Below, piece after piece: positions 9,968 through 19,548 of a stretch of 64,000 nt of DNA. The position numbers and the translations under genes were made by a program. The notes beneath the pieces were generated by a model. The model ran no database searches and was not told the origin of the DNA. It was given only the letters and a program-made list of their open reading frames with translations. Source of the DNA: an uncultured Sandaracinaceae bacterium (GTDB lineage: Bacteria; Myxococcota_A; Polyangia; Polyangiales; Sandaracinaceae); NCBI GenBank assembly GCA_964429305.1, contig CAYSCF010000004.1, positions 1,845 through 65,844 of the forward strand, given 5' to 3'. The number at the start of each line of letters is the position of its first letter. Position 1 is the stretch's first letter.

Positions 9968-11398
9968 TCACAAGATCAGGCTGCCGCACGTCCCGCCCGG
10001 ATAGCAGACGAGCGGCGCGCAGCAGTCCGCGTCGCTGTGGCAGTCGCCGCACATGCCCGTGATGCATGCGCGATGATCCACGCAGCCGTCGCCCGGCATG
10101 CACGAGCACTCGCCCGGAGGCGGCGGACAATCCGCGTCCACGTCGAGGATCGCGCGGTCGTAGTGGATGTTCAGGTAGCCCGGCATGTCGACCTGACCGC
10201 CGAAGAGCGAGCCGTACACCTCCGTGTCGCCCACTGCGGTGATCCGTGCGTTCGGCGCGTACACGTTGCCGACGAAGCCCGAGGCGCCGACGAGCGTGAC
10301 GTCGTGCGTGCCGCCCACGTAGATGCGTGAGGCCGCCGGCCGCGCGCGATCGCCGAAGCTGCCCGCGCCGATCGAGAGCATGTCGCCGGCGATGAAGAGA
10401 TCGAGCTCGCCCGCCGTGCCGAGATCGACGCTGAGCGCGCCGAGCGCATCGACGTCGCCGCCGACGTAGAGCGCGGTGCGCCCGTGGATGTGGAGCGTGA
10501 TCGTGCCGAGCCCGCCGATCTCGGTGATGTAGAAGCGCCCGCACGGCAGCGTGATGTCGACGCCGATGCCCGTGACCGACGCGAGCGCCGTCGGATCGAG
10601 CGGCACATCGGCATTGTCGTTGTGCGTCATGCCGTAGGTCACGATCGCGCCGATGTCGACGATGTCGGCGGGCGCGCAGTCGCACGGAGGCGGGATGGAG
10701 ACCGACGCTCCGTTGTGCGTCGTGCCGTGCACGTTCGCAGCGATGCCGAGGTTGTGACCGCTCGTGACGTACGCGTCGCGATCGACCTCGGTGTAGAGGA
10801 GCCCGCCGACGTTGCCATCCACGCTCAAGTCGCGATGGATGTGGATGTAGCCCGCGGCCTGCACGCGCCCGCCGAACGACGCGTCGCCGTCGACGTCGAG
10901 ATAGCCGCCGAAGTTCACGCCGCCCGTGCCCGCGATGACGAGCGAGCCGCCGATGTCCGTGTAGCCGACGGTCGTGTCCGTCTGGTCGATGCCGACCGGC
11001 GCGCCGTACGCCATGTCGCCCGGGCCCATTCCCGAGTCGAACGATCGCGTCTTGAGATAGCCGCCGACGTTGGCGTTCGTGCACGTGCAGAGCGCGTTGT
11101 CGAACACGCGAGCGGCGATCGCGCCTGCGCACGTGGCCGTGCCCGTCACCATGTCGCCGACGACGACCGCGGGCCCGGTGCCCGCGCAGAACGTCGCGCG
11201 ATCGACGTAGGCGTCGTTGCCCGTGTCGGGCGCCGTCGTGCTGCCGGTGTCCGGCTCGGGCGCGTTCACGTCGAAGCCGTTTCCGTCGCGCTCGATCGGC
11301 GAGCCCCCATCGTGATGCGTGCCACCCGAGGTCGCGCAGCTGCATCCCGCGAGCGCGTGCGCGCCCATCAGCGCGAGAAACACGAGCATCATTCGCAT
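9968..11398 (-). CDS. Lipoprotein with beta-helix-like Gly/Asp repeats and a Cys-rich C-terminal module
   Basis: ORF 9968..11866 trimmed to ATG 11398 (MRMMLVFLALMGAHALAGC) with GGGAGGG upstream. NVYAPNARITAVGDTEVYGSLFGG. C-terminus CPPPPGECSCMPGDGCVDHRACITGMCGDCHSDADCCAPLVCYPGGTCG. Confidence 0.7.
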   Translation of the reverse strand: MRMMLVFLALMGAHALAGCSCATSGGTHHDGGSPIERDGNGFDVNAPEPDTGSTTAPDTGNDAYVDRATFCAGTGPAVVVGDMVTGTATCAGAIAARVFDNALCTCTNANVGGYLKTRSFDSGMGPGDMAYGAPVGIDQTDTTVGYTDIGGSLVIAGTGGVNFGGYLDVDGDASFGGRVQAAGYIHIHRDLSVDGNVGGLLYTEVDRDAYVTSGHNLGIAANVHGTTHNGASVSIPPPCDCAPADIVDIGAIVTYGMTHNDNADVPLDPTALASVTGIGVDITLPCGRFYITEIGGLGTITLHIHGRTALYVGGDVDALGALSVDLGTAGELDLFIAGDMLSIGAGSFGDRARPAASRIYVGGTHDVTLVGASGFVGNVYAPNARITAVGDTEVYGSLFGGQVDMPGYLNIHYDRAILDVDADCPPPPGECSCMPGDGCVDHRACITGMCGDCHSDADCCAPLVCYPGGTCGSLIL

Positions 11399-11592
11399 GG
11401 CGGAGCCCTCCCTGAGCCGCGAGCGTACGCCTTCCGGGGCGTCCGGTGCGAAGCACGGCGAGCCGCTGCGTACAGCGTGACCGCAAGCGGAGGTGAGGAA
11501 GCTGCCGTGTGTGCGGCATTTCCGGCCGAAGAGGCACGCGATGCCGTCACGAGCGCGATCTCGTGGCTCGAACCTGTGTAGCATTCGGGTCG

Positions 11593-14583
11593 ATGTCTCG
11601 CGCTGCACGTATCCTCGCTTCGACCTCTCTTCTCCTGTCACTCGCGATCGCTGGCTGCGGTGGCGGCTCGAACGACGCGGACGCCAGCCTGCCCGACGGA
11701 GCGACACCGACCGTCGATGCGAACGTCGATGCCAGCATCGATGCGGCTGCATCGTGTCACGTCGATCTCGACTGCAACGACGGCGTGTACTGCAACGGTG
11801 TCGAGCACTGCACCGCCGGTCACTGCATCGCGGGCACCGGGCCGAGCTGCGGCGACGACGTCGCATGCACGCGCGACTTCTGCAGCGAGGAGCGCCAGAC
11901 GTGCGCCCACGAGGTGCCGGACCACGACATGGACGGCCACGGCGATGCGGCGTGCGTCAACAGCGCCGGCATCCCTCTCGGCGACGACTGCGCAGACAAC
12001 GACAACCTCCGCTTCCCCGGTAACACCGAGGTCTGCGACACGATGAATCACGACGAGGACTGCGTGATGACCACGCATGGCCACGTCGACAACGACTCCG
12101 ACGGCTTCGAGGACATCCGCTGCTGCAACGGCACCGACTGCGGCACCGACTGCGACGACTCGAACCGCGGCGTCAACCCGGCGGCCACCGAGGTCTGCGA
12201 TCACATCGACGACGACTGCGACACGCACGTCGACGAGGGGGTGGGCGTGCCGATGTACCCCGACGCCGATCGAGACGGCTTCGGCGACGCGCACATCGAC
12301 GAAGCGCATCGCACCACGCAGTGCGGCGACACCGTCGGCTGGGCGGCGCTCGGTGGAGATTGCGACGACGACAACGTCGCCAAGAACCCGGGCCAGCTCG
12401 AGGTCTGCGACATGATCGACAACGACTGCGATCTCGCGGTCGACGAGAACGCGGGCAGCGTTCCCTGGTACGTCGACGCCGATCACGACGGCTACGGCGA
12501 CGCGCATGGCGCCACGCTCGTGCAGTGCGAGCCGCCCACGGGCAACTACTCGCTCGTGTCCACCGACTGCGACGACACGACGAGCAGCCGCAGCCCGCGC
12601 GCGCCCGAGGTCTGCAACGCGATCGACGACGACTGCAACGGCCTCGCGGACTTCGCGATCACGCCGGGCGATCTCGAGGACGACGATCACGATGGTGTGG
12701 CCGACATCGACTGCGGCCCGCCGCACGGCCTCGACTGCAACGACCGCGACGCGAATGCCCTGCCGGGCGCGCCCGAGATCTGCAACGGCCGCGACGACGA
12801 CTGCGACACGCGCATCGACGAGATGGCCACGAGCGCGACGTTCCATCACGACGGCGACGGCGACGGGTACGGCGACCCGGGCACCGCGGTCATCGCCTGC
12901 TTCGCGCCCGCCATGTACGTGGCCGACGCGAGCGACTGCGACGACACGATCATGACGCGTCATCCGGGCGCGGCCGAGACCTGCAACGCGATCGACGACG
13001 ACTGCGACCGACGCATCGACGAGACGCCCGCCGAGTCGAGCTGCACGCTCGCCGGTGCGGTGACGGCGTGCACCGTCGGCATCTGTCACGAGGTCGGCTG
13101 TCAGCCCGGCTTCTCCGACTGCACGCTCGCGGACGGCTGCGAGACGCCGACGCTCGCCGACGACCTGCGCTGCGGCGGCTGCACCCACCAGTGCGGCGGC
13201 GGCACGCAATGCGTGCAGTCCACGTGCGTGCCGGGCGGTTCGCAGGGCGTCGTGGGCGCATCGCGCGCGGACGACAGCGGCACCGCCATCGCGCAAGCGA
13301 TCGTGGCGGGCTCGCCGATGCTCGTGCTCGGCGGAAGCTTCTCTGGCACCGGCTTCGGTGTCGGCTGCGGCACGCACTACGACGCGATGGGTGTCGCGGG
13401 CATCGTCGGCGTGCGCGACTCGGACGGTATCTGCCAGGCCACGCTCGCGATCGACGGGACGGGGGACGAGGCGGTCACCGCGCTCGCGCTCGATGCGACC
13501 GGCGCGCTCTTCGTCGCGCTCACCACGACGAGCGCCACGCTCTCGATCGGCGGGATGAACGCCAACGCGGGCGCGGGCCAGGGCGGCCGCGACGTGGTGA
13601 TCGCGCGCCTGGTGGTGAGCGGCGAGCCTTCGACGATCGCGGCGAGCTGGGTGCAGCGCTTCGGCGGGGCCGGCGACGACACCATCGCGGATCTCGCGCT
13701 CGACGGCAGCGATCTCTGGGCCGTCGGCGCGATGCGCGGACCGGTCACGATCGGAGCCGGCATGGTGGCGACGGGCGCCACGACGGACTCCGTTGCCATC
13801 CATCTCGCGGTCGCGGACGGCGCGGTACAGCACGTCGCGAGCGTTCCCTCGAGCGGAAGCGACGGCGCACGCAGCGTCGTCGTCGATGCCACGCAGGTGT
13901 ACGTCGCCGGCTCGCTCTCGGGCAGCGGCACGTTCGGCACGACGATGATCACGTCGGCCGGCGGCACCGACGGATATCTCTGGGTGCTCTCGCGGACCGA
14001 CGCGTCGACCACCTTCGCGCGCGCGTTCGGCGATCTGACCGACGACGTCACGACCGGCGTCGCGCTCTCGGGTCAGACGACCGGGACCGTGATCGCTCTC
14101 GCAGGCACGTTCACCGGCACCGTCTCCATCGACGGCATCTCGCACACGTCGAGTGGCATGAGCGACGGTTTCGTCGTCGGTCTCGATTCCACCTTCCACG
14201 CGACGTGGTTCGTGACGTTCGGCGGCACGCTCGCCGACGGATTCACCGATCTGATCTTCGCGGCCAACGAGTTCGTGGCCGCGGGCACCTTCACCGGCAC
14301 GGCTCACCTCGGGGGCGACGACTCGGGCGTCAGCTCGAACGGCAGCACCGACATGGCGATCCTCGGTGTCACCACGAGTGGCTTCTCGTTCGGCTTGCCC
14401 ACGACGTTCGGCGGGCCGGGACACGACGACGTGTACGCGATCACCGGCTCGCCCACGAGCGGCCAGGCGTTCCTCGCGGGCGACTACACCGGAGCGTGGA
14501 GCAATCCACAGAGCGAGGACATGTTCCCCGCCATCGGGGGTCTCGACGCGCTCTGGCTGACCTTCTATCCCCCCGGGAGCTGA
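11593..14583 (+). CDS. Giant lipoprotein: six MopE-like Cys-rich repeats plus SBBP/beta-propeller-like C-terminal repeats
   Basis: ORF 11509..14583 trimmed to ATG 11593 (MSRAARILASTSLLLSLAIAGC). Repeats DxDxDGxGD...CDDxxxxxxPGAxExCNAIDDDC occur six times. C-terminal GGAGDDTIADLALDG / VYVAGS type repeats. Confidence 0.8.
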   Translation: MSRAARILASTSLLLSLAIAGCGGGSNDADASLPDGATPTVDANVDASIDAAASCHVDLDCNDGVYCNGVEHCTAGHCIAGTGPSCGDDVACTRDFCSEERQTCAHEVPDHDMDGHGDAACVNSAGIPLGDDCADNDNLRFPGNTEVCDTMNHDEDCVMTTHGHVDNDSDGFEDIRCCNGTDCGTDCDDSNRGVNPAATEVCDHIDDDCDTHVDEGVGVPMYPDADRDGFGDAHIDEAHRTTQCGDTVGWAALGGDCDDDNVAKNPGQLEVCDMIDNDCDLAVDENAGSVPWYVDADHDGYGDAHGATLVQCEPPTGNYSLVSTDCDDTTSSRSPRAPEVCNAIDDDCNGLADFAITPGDLEDDDHDGVADIDCGPPHGLDCNDRDANALPGAPEICNGRDDDCDTRIDEMATSATFHHDGDGDGYGDPGTAVIACFAPAMYVADASDCDDTIMTRHPGAAETCNAIDDDCDRRIDETPAESSCTLAGAVTACTVGICHEVGCQPGFSDCTLADGCETPTLADDLRCGGCTHQCGGGTQCVQSTCVPGGSQGVVGASRADDSGTAIAQAIVAGSPMLVLGGSFSGTGFGVGCGTHYDAMGVAGIVGVRDSDGICQATLAIDGTGDEAVTALALDATGALFVALTTTSATLSIGGMNANAGAGQGGRDVVIARLVVSGEPSTIAASWVQRFGGAGDDTIADLALDGSDLWAVGAMRGPVTIGAGMVATGATTDSVAIHLAVADGAVQHVASVPSSGSDGARSVVVDATQVYVAGSLSGSGTFGTTMITSAGGTDGYLWVLSRTDASTTFARAFGDLTDDVTTGVALSGQTTGTVIALAGTFTGTVSIDGISHTSSGMSDGFVVGLDSTFHATWFVTFGGTLADGFTDLIFAANEFVAAGTFTGTAHLGGDDSGVSSNGSTDMAILGVTTSGFSFGLPTTFGGPGHDDVYAITGSPTSGQAFLAGDYTGAWSNPQSEDMFPAIGGLDALWLTFYPPGS

Positions 14584-14590
14584 CGCGATC

Positions 14591-15973
14591 GTGGAGGGGC
14601 CGCTCACGTTTCCGGTCTGCACGTTCAAGCGCGTCTTCGACACGACGCCGCTGAACGAGGTCCTGACGCTGAGCGAGCTCGTCGCCTGCTTTCGTCGCTT
14701 CGAGCTCAAGCCGCAGCTGCACCAGCGCATCGAGCGCGAGCTCGCGCGCATCGAGCGGGCGCTCGAGCAGGCGCTCGCGGGCGAGACCGTGGGCGGCCAC
14801 GTCGCCGAGCTGGCGATCGCGGCCAAGAGCGCGCCCGATCGCGAGCGAGCGATGCGGGCCAAGGCCGAGGAGCTGCGGATCGCGGCGAAGAAAGAGGCCA
14901 AGCGCGATCTGCGTCTGTGGTCGCCGGCCGTGTATCGACCGGACGCGGCCGAGCGCGGCAGCGAGGGCGTCTCGCACGTGAGCTGTCTCGTGCTCGACTA
15001 CGACGCGGGCGCGCGCATCCCGGAAGCGACCGCGCCCTTCGCCGATCACTTCCATCTCGTACACACGACGTGGTCGCACACGCCGGCGCACCCGAAGTTC
15101 CGCGTGATCTTGCCGCTCGCGGTGCCGGTGCCCGCTTCGCAGTGGGATGCGCTCTGGAAGTGGGCACACGAGAAGAGCGGCGGCGAGATCGATCGCGCGA
15201 TGAGCGGTCACGCGGCGAACTACGCGCTGCCCGCGACGCCGACGCGCGATGCGCCGCGCGAAGCGATCTCGCACGCCGCGCCCATCCTCGATCCACGCGA
15301 GCTCGGCATCGAGGTCGGCGAGCCACTGCGCCTGCCGATCAAGCACGCGCCCGTCTCACCGATGCTCGGCGATCCCGAGAAGGAGTACGTCGTGCAGGGC
15401 GCGGAAGAAGCGCTCTACGTCTACGATGATCCGAACGCGGACTGGGACGAGCCGAGCGCGATGCCGACCCCGCGGCACAGCGCGGTGCTGATTCCGGTCC
15501 CGAGCGATGCACCCGAGGATCGGCTGACGAACCCCGGGATCCGCACCGAGACGTCCGAGCGTGCGACCGTCGCGCTGCCGCGGCCCATCGGGCGCGTGCG
15601 CACCAAGCGCGTCTCGCACAAGACGATCGTCGTCGACTTCGACGGCGTGCTGCACGCGTACACGTCGGGATGGAAAGGCGCGACAGTCGTGCCCGATCCT
15701 CCCGTCGAAGGCGCGCTCGCATGGCTGACCGACGCCGTCGAGCGTTTCCAGGTCGCGATCATGTCGGCGCGCTCGCGCGAGAAGGGCGGCATCGAGGCGA
15801 TGCGCGACTGGCTCGCGCGCGAGGGCTTGCCCGCCGAAGTGCTAGCCAAGCTCTCGTTCCCGCGCACGAAGATCCCGGCGCACGTCTACATCGACGATCG
15901 CGGCTGGCGTTTCGAGGGCACGTTCCCCGAGCTCGACGCGCTCGACGCGTTCGAGCCCTGGTACAAGCGCTGA
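14591..15973 (+). CDS. Fusion protein: primase-polymerase (AEP/VirE_N)-like N-terminal region plus HAD/NT5C-like phosphatase C-terminal domain
   Basis: GTG 14591, 8 nt after the previous stop. LVLDYD (nt 14996-15004 cover DYD), HTTWSH (15062-15079), FRVILPL. C-terminus VVDFDGVLH (15629-15649), MSARS, YIDDR (15887-15901). Confidence 0.6.
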   Translation: MEGPLTFPVCTFKRVFDTTPLNEVLTLSELVACFRRFELKPQLHQRIERELARIERALEQALAGETVGGHVAELAIAAKSAPDRERAMRAKAEELRIAAKKEAKRDLRLWSPAVYRPDAAERGSEGVSHVSCLVLDYDAGARIPEATAPFADHFHLVHTTWSHTPAHPKFRVILPLAVPVPASQWDALWKWAHEKSGGEIDRAMSGHAANYALPATPTRDAPREAISHAAPILDPRELGIEVGEPLRLPIKHAPVSPMLGDPEKEYVVQGAEEALYVYDDPNADWDEPSAMPTPRHSAVLIPVPSDAPEDRLTNPGIRTETSERATVALPRPIGRVRTKRVSHKTIVVDFDGVLHAYTSGWKGATVVPDPPVEGALAWLTDAVERFQVAIMSARSREKGGIEAMRDWLAREGLPAEVLAKLSFPRTKIPAHVYIDDRGWRFEGTFPELDALDAFEPWYKR

Positions 15974-16055
15974 TCTGGCGTTCCCCGCGTGGAACGCGGG
16001 TGTCTCCATGAGGTCGGGCTGACTTCGGGCGCGAACGACACACATTGTCGGGACC

Positions 16056-17093
16056 ATGAAGAACGCGCCCACGATCCTGAAACGTCTGCCGCTCGACCCG
16101 AACGGGGGTGTCGCGCCGTGGCCGACGATCGATCCGTTCCTCTTCTGCGTGCATCACCTCGATGCGTACCCGCAGGGCAACGCGCAGATGGGTCCCGTTG
16201 CCTCGCTCGCGGGCCGCAACCTCGGCCAGGACTTCGAGGGCAAGGACGGATGGCGCATGTACCATGGCGAGACCGTGCCCGGATTCCCGGCGCATCCGCA
16301 CCGCGGCTTCGAGACCGTCACGGTGATGCGCAAGGGCTACGTCGATCACAGCGACTCGCTCGGTGCGGCGGCGCGCTACGGCCGCGGCGACGTGCAGTGG
16401 CTCACCGCGGGCGGCGGCATCCAGCACTCCGAGATGTTCCCGCTGCTCGAGAGCGAGAAGCACAACCCGGCCGAGCTCTTCCAGATCTGGATGAACCTGC
16501 CGAGCAAGAGCAAGCACGCACGCCCCTTCTTCTCGATGCTCTGGGACGAGACGATCCCGCGCGTCGCGACGGATGACGGCAAGGTGACGATCACGGTCAT
16601 CGCCGGCGAGCTCGAAGGAAAGAAGGCGCCGCCGCCGCCGCCGGACTCCTGGGCATCGCGCCCGGAGGCGGACGTCGCGATCTGGTCGATCGTGATGAAG
16701 CAGGGAGGCAAGGTCACGCTGCCCGCGTCGGTCGGCGAAGAGACGCTGCGCACGATCTACTTCTTCGCGGGTGAGTCGCTGACGATCGAGGACGAGACGA
16801 TGGACGCGTTCGGCGGCGCGGTCGTCGCTGGCCATCGGACGATCACGCTCGAAGCGCGCGACGGAGACGTCGAGGTGCTCGTGCTCCAAGGCCGTCCGAT
16901 CGGCGAGACGGTCGCGCAGTACGGACCCTTCGTGATGAACACGCGCGCCGAGATCCAGCAGGCGTTCGCCGACTACCAGAAGACGCGCTTCGGCGGCTGG
17001 CCGTGGAAGAGCGACGACCCCGTGCACGCGCGCGAGGAAGGCCGCTTCGCCAAGCGTCCCGACGGAACGATCGAGCGCCCGACGACAAAGTAG
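16056..17093 (+). CDS. Pirin-family bicupin protein
   Basis: HPHRGFETVTVMRKGYVDHSDSLG and DVQWLTAGGGIQHSEMF, typical of pirin/YhaK-like proteins. Confidence 0.85.
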   Translation: MKNAPTILKRLPLDPNGGVAPWPTIDPFLFCVHHLDAYPQGNAQMGPVASLAGRNLGQDFEGKDGWRMYHGETVPGFPAHPHRGFETVTVMRKGYVDHSDSLGAAARYGRGDVQWLTAGGGIQHSEMFPLLESEKHNPAELFQIWMNLPSKSKHARPFFSMLWDETIPRVATDDGKVTITVIAGELEGKKAPPPPPDSWASRPEADVAIWSIVMKQGGKVTLPASVGEETLRTIYFFAGESLTIEDETMDAFGGAVVAGHRTITLEARDGDVEVLVLQGRPIGETVAQYGPFVMNTRAEIQQAFADYQKTRFGGWPWKSDDPVHAREEGRFAKRPDGTIERPTTK

Positions 17094-17113
17094 CCACATT
17101 GAAGTCTCGCGAG

Positions 17114-18343
17114 ATGCGAGCCACATCGATCATCGTGATCGACGTGCTCATCGCAGGAGGCGGGCCCGCCGGCATGATGGCGGGCCTTCTCTTTTCGCGC
17201 GCCGGCGTGCGCACGCTCGTGCTCGAGAAGCATCGCGACTTCCTGCGCGACTTCCGCGGCGACACGGTGCATCCGTCGACGCTCGCGATCTTCGACGAGC
17301 TCGGGCTCGCGCAGAAGCTGCTCGCGCTGCCGCACGACGAAGTGCGCGTGCTCCACGCGCGCATCGGGAAGCGCTCGCTCGCGCTCGCACGCTTCGACGA
17401 GCTGCCGACACCGTATCCGTTCATCGCGCTGATGCCGCAGTGGGATCTGCTCGACTTCGTCGCCGCCGAGGCGCGCGCGTATCCGGCCTTCGCGCTGCGC
17501 ATGGAGTGCGAGGCGACCGAGCTGATCTTCGAGCACGATCGCGTCGCCGGTGTGCGGACGAAGGACGGCGAAGAGATCCGCTCGCGCCTCGTGATCGCGG
17601 CCGACGGCCGGACATCGGTACTGCGTCGTGCGGCGAATCTCCCGCTCGAGGATCTCGCCGCGCCGATCGACGTGATGTGGTTCCGCGTGCCGAAGGAGCG
17701 CACGAAGGAGAACGAGACGGGCGGGACGATCGGGCGCGGCACCTTTCTCGCGCTCATCGATCGCGGCGACTACTGGCAGTGCGCATTCGTCCTCGCCAAG
17801 GGCACGGCCGATCGCGTCCGCGCGCGCGGGCTCGATTCCTTTCGCGCGCAGATCGCCAGGGCTGCGCCCCAGCTCGTCCATCTCGATGCGATTTCCAGCT
17901 GGAACGACGTGAAGCTCCTCAGTGTCTCGCTCGATCGGCTGAAGACCTGGAGCCGGCCCGGATTCCTCGCGATCGGCGATGCAGCGCACGCGATGAGCCC
18001 GGTCGGCGGCGTCGGCATCAACCTCGCCATCCAGGACGCCGTCGCGACCGCGAACCTGCTCGCCGAGCCATTGATGCGCGGGGATCTCGCGATCGACGAG
18101 CTGCTGCCGCAGCTGCAGGACAGACGCATGTTCCCGACGCGCGCCGTGCAGTCGGTGCAGCGAGCCATCCATCGCTTCGTGCTCGATCCGGTGCTCGGGA
18201 GCGACACGGAGATCACCGAGGCGCCGCTCCCGTTTCGCGTGCTCGATCGGATCGCGCTGCTCCAGCGCATCCCGGCCGCGCTCGTGGGCATCGGCGTGCG
18301 GCCCGAGCACATCCGCTCGCCGCGCGCCGGCGAATCCGTGTAG
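17114..18343 (+). CDS. FAD-dependent (class A flavoprotein) monooxygenase
   Basis: ORF 17003..18343 trimmed to ATG 17114 (MRATSIIVIDVLIAGGGPAGMMAGLLFSRAG). GDAAHAMSPVGGVGINLAIQDA motif. Confidence 0.85.
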   Translation: MRATSIIVIDVLIAGGGPAGMMAGLLFSRAGVRTLVLEKHRDFLRDFRGDTVHPSTLAIFDELGLAQKLLALPHDEVRVLHARIGKRSLALARFDELPTPYPFIALMPQWDLLDFVAAEARAYPAFALRMECEATELIFEHDRVAGVRTKDGEEIRSRLVIAADGRTSVLRRAANLPLEDLAAPIDVMWFRVPKERTKENETGGTIGRGTFLALIDRGDYWQCAFVLAKGTADRVRARGLDSFRAQIARAAPQLVHLDAISSWNDVKLLSVSLDRLKTWSRPGFLAIGDAAHAMSPVGGVGINLAIQDAVATANLLAEPLMRGDLAIDELLPQLQDRRMFPTRAVQSVQRAIHRFVLDPVLGSDTEITEAPLPFRVLDRIALLQRIPAALVGIGVRPEHIRSPRAGESV

Positions 18344-18355
18344 CTTCGTGTCGTC

Positions 18356-19501
18356 ATGGACGCGATCACGCAGCGCATCGCGGAGCTCGTCGCGACTCCG
18401 TCCGTCTCGGCCGTGCGGCCCGAGCTCGACATGCCCAACCGCGCCGTCGTCGACGTGCTCGCGAACTGGCTCGAGCACGAGGGCTTCGCGATCGAGATCA
18501 TGCCCCTGACGGAGGACGGCACGAAGGCGAACCTGATCGCCACCAAGGGCCGCGGCCCCGGTGGGCTCGTGTTGTCCGGCCACACCGACACCGTGCCCTT
18601 CGACGAGGGCAAGTGGACGAGCGATCCGTTCCGCCTGACCCAGCGCGACGGGAAGCTCTACGGGCTCGGATCGAGCGACATGAAGGGCTTCTTTCCGATC
18701 GCGATCGAGGCTGCGCGTCGCGTGGAAGCCTCGTCGCTGCGCGAGCCGATCATCGTGCTCGCGACGTGCGACGAAGAGTGCGGGATGGCGGGGGCGCGCG
18801 CGCTGGTGGATGCGAAGAAGCCGAAGGCGCGCGCGGCGATCATCGGCGAGCCGACGAACCTGCGGCCAGTGCGCTTGCACAAGGGCGTGACGATGGCGCG
18901 CCTCAAGCTCACCGGACGCTCGGGCCACTCGAGCGATCCTTCGCTCGGTCGCAGCGCGCTCGAGGGTATGCGCGCCGCGATGACCGAGATCGTGATCCTG
19001 CGCGAAGAGCTCGCGGAGAAGCACCGCAACGATCGGCTGCATCCGCCCGTCACGACGATGAACCTCGGCAACATCCACGGCGGCGACAACCCGAACCGCA
19101 TCTGCGCCGAGTGCGAGCTGCAGTTCGATCTGCGCGTGCTGCCGGGCATGCGCGAGCGCGACGTGCTGACCGTGCTGCGCGCGCGCATCGAGCGAGCGCT
19201 CGCCGGGAGCGAGCTGAAGATCGAGATGAGCGAGCTGCACGACGCGGTGCCGCCGTTCGAGACGAGCGCATCGGCGGCGATCGTGAAGGCGGCCGAGGCG
19301 CTGACCGGTCACCAGGCCGAGGCCGTTTCGTTCGGGACCGAGGGCCCGTTCCTCAACGCGATGGGGATCGAAACGATCGTGATGGGCCCGGGCGACATCG
19401 CGGTGGCGCACCAGCCCGACGAGCACCTGCCGCTCGATCGGATCGCCCCGATGATCACGCTGCTCGAGAAGACGATCGGCAGGCTCTGCGTCGAGGGCTG
19501 A
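18356..19501 (+). CDS. argE: Acetylornithine deacetylase (M20 peptidase family)
   Basis: Collinear similarity to remembered E. coli ArgE: GHTDTVPFDEGKWTSDPF, DGKLYGLGSSDMKGFF, IIGEPTNLRPVRLHKG, SGHSSDP, GNIHGGDNPNRICAECEL, AHQPDEHL. Confidence 0.9.
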   Translation: MDAITQRIAELVATPSVSAVRPELDMPNRAVVDVLANWLEHEGFAIEIMPLTEDGTKANLIATKGRGPGGLVLSGHTDTVPFDEGKWTSDPFRLTQRDGKLYGLGSSDMKGFFPIAIEAARRVEASSLREPIIVLATCDEECGMAGARALVDAKKPKARAAIIGEPTNLRPVRLHKGVTMARLKLTGRSGHSSDPSLGRSALEGMRAAMTEIVILREELAEKHRNDRLHPPVTTMNLGNIHGGDNPNRICAECELQFDLRVLPGMRERDVLTVLRARIERALAGSELKIEMSELHDAVPPFETSASAAIVKAAEALTGHQAEAVSFGTEGPFLNAMGIETIVMGPGDIAVAHQPDEHLPLDRIAPMITLLEKTIGRLCVEG

Positions 19502-19548
19502 GACGCCGCGCTCGATCCGATCGTGATCTGATAACTTCGCGCTGCCCG

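Noticed and set aside
11564-11582. Sigma-54-like TGGC...TG motif upstream of the giant lipoprotein gene
   Set aside because: The GG-to-GC spacing does not fit the TGGCAC-N5-TTGC consensus, and there is no GC dinucleotide at the -12 position.
11638-14901. 1087-aa minus-strand ORF antisense to the giant MopE-repeat lipoprotein gene
   Set aside because: Same shadow-ORF character (RRxxRA-type composition). The plus-strand frame has a lipobox, repeated Cys modules and high GC3.
14591-15973. Prophage or integrative element around the primase-polymerase-like gene
   Set aside because: No integrase, recombinase, helicase, capsid, terminase, tRNA attachment site or flanking direct repeats were seen. 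The flanking genes are ordinary chromosomal genes with the same GC content.
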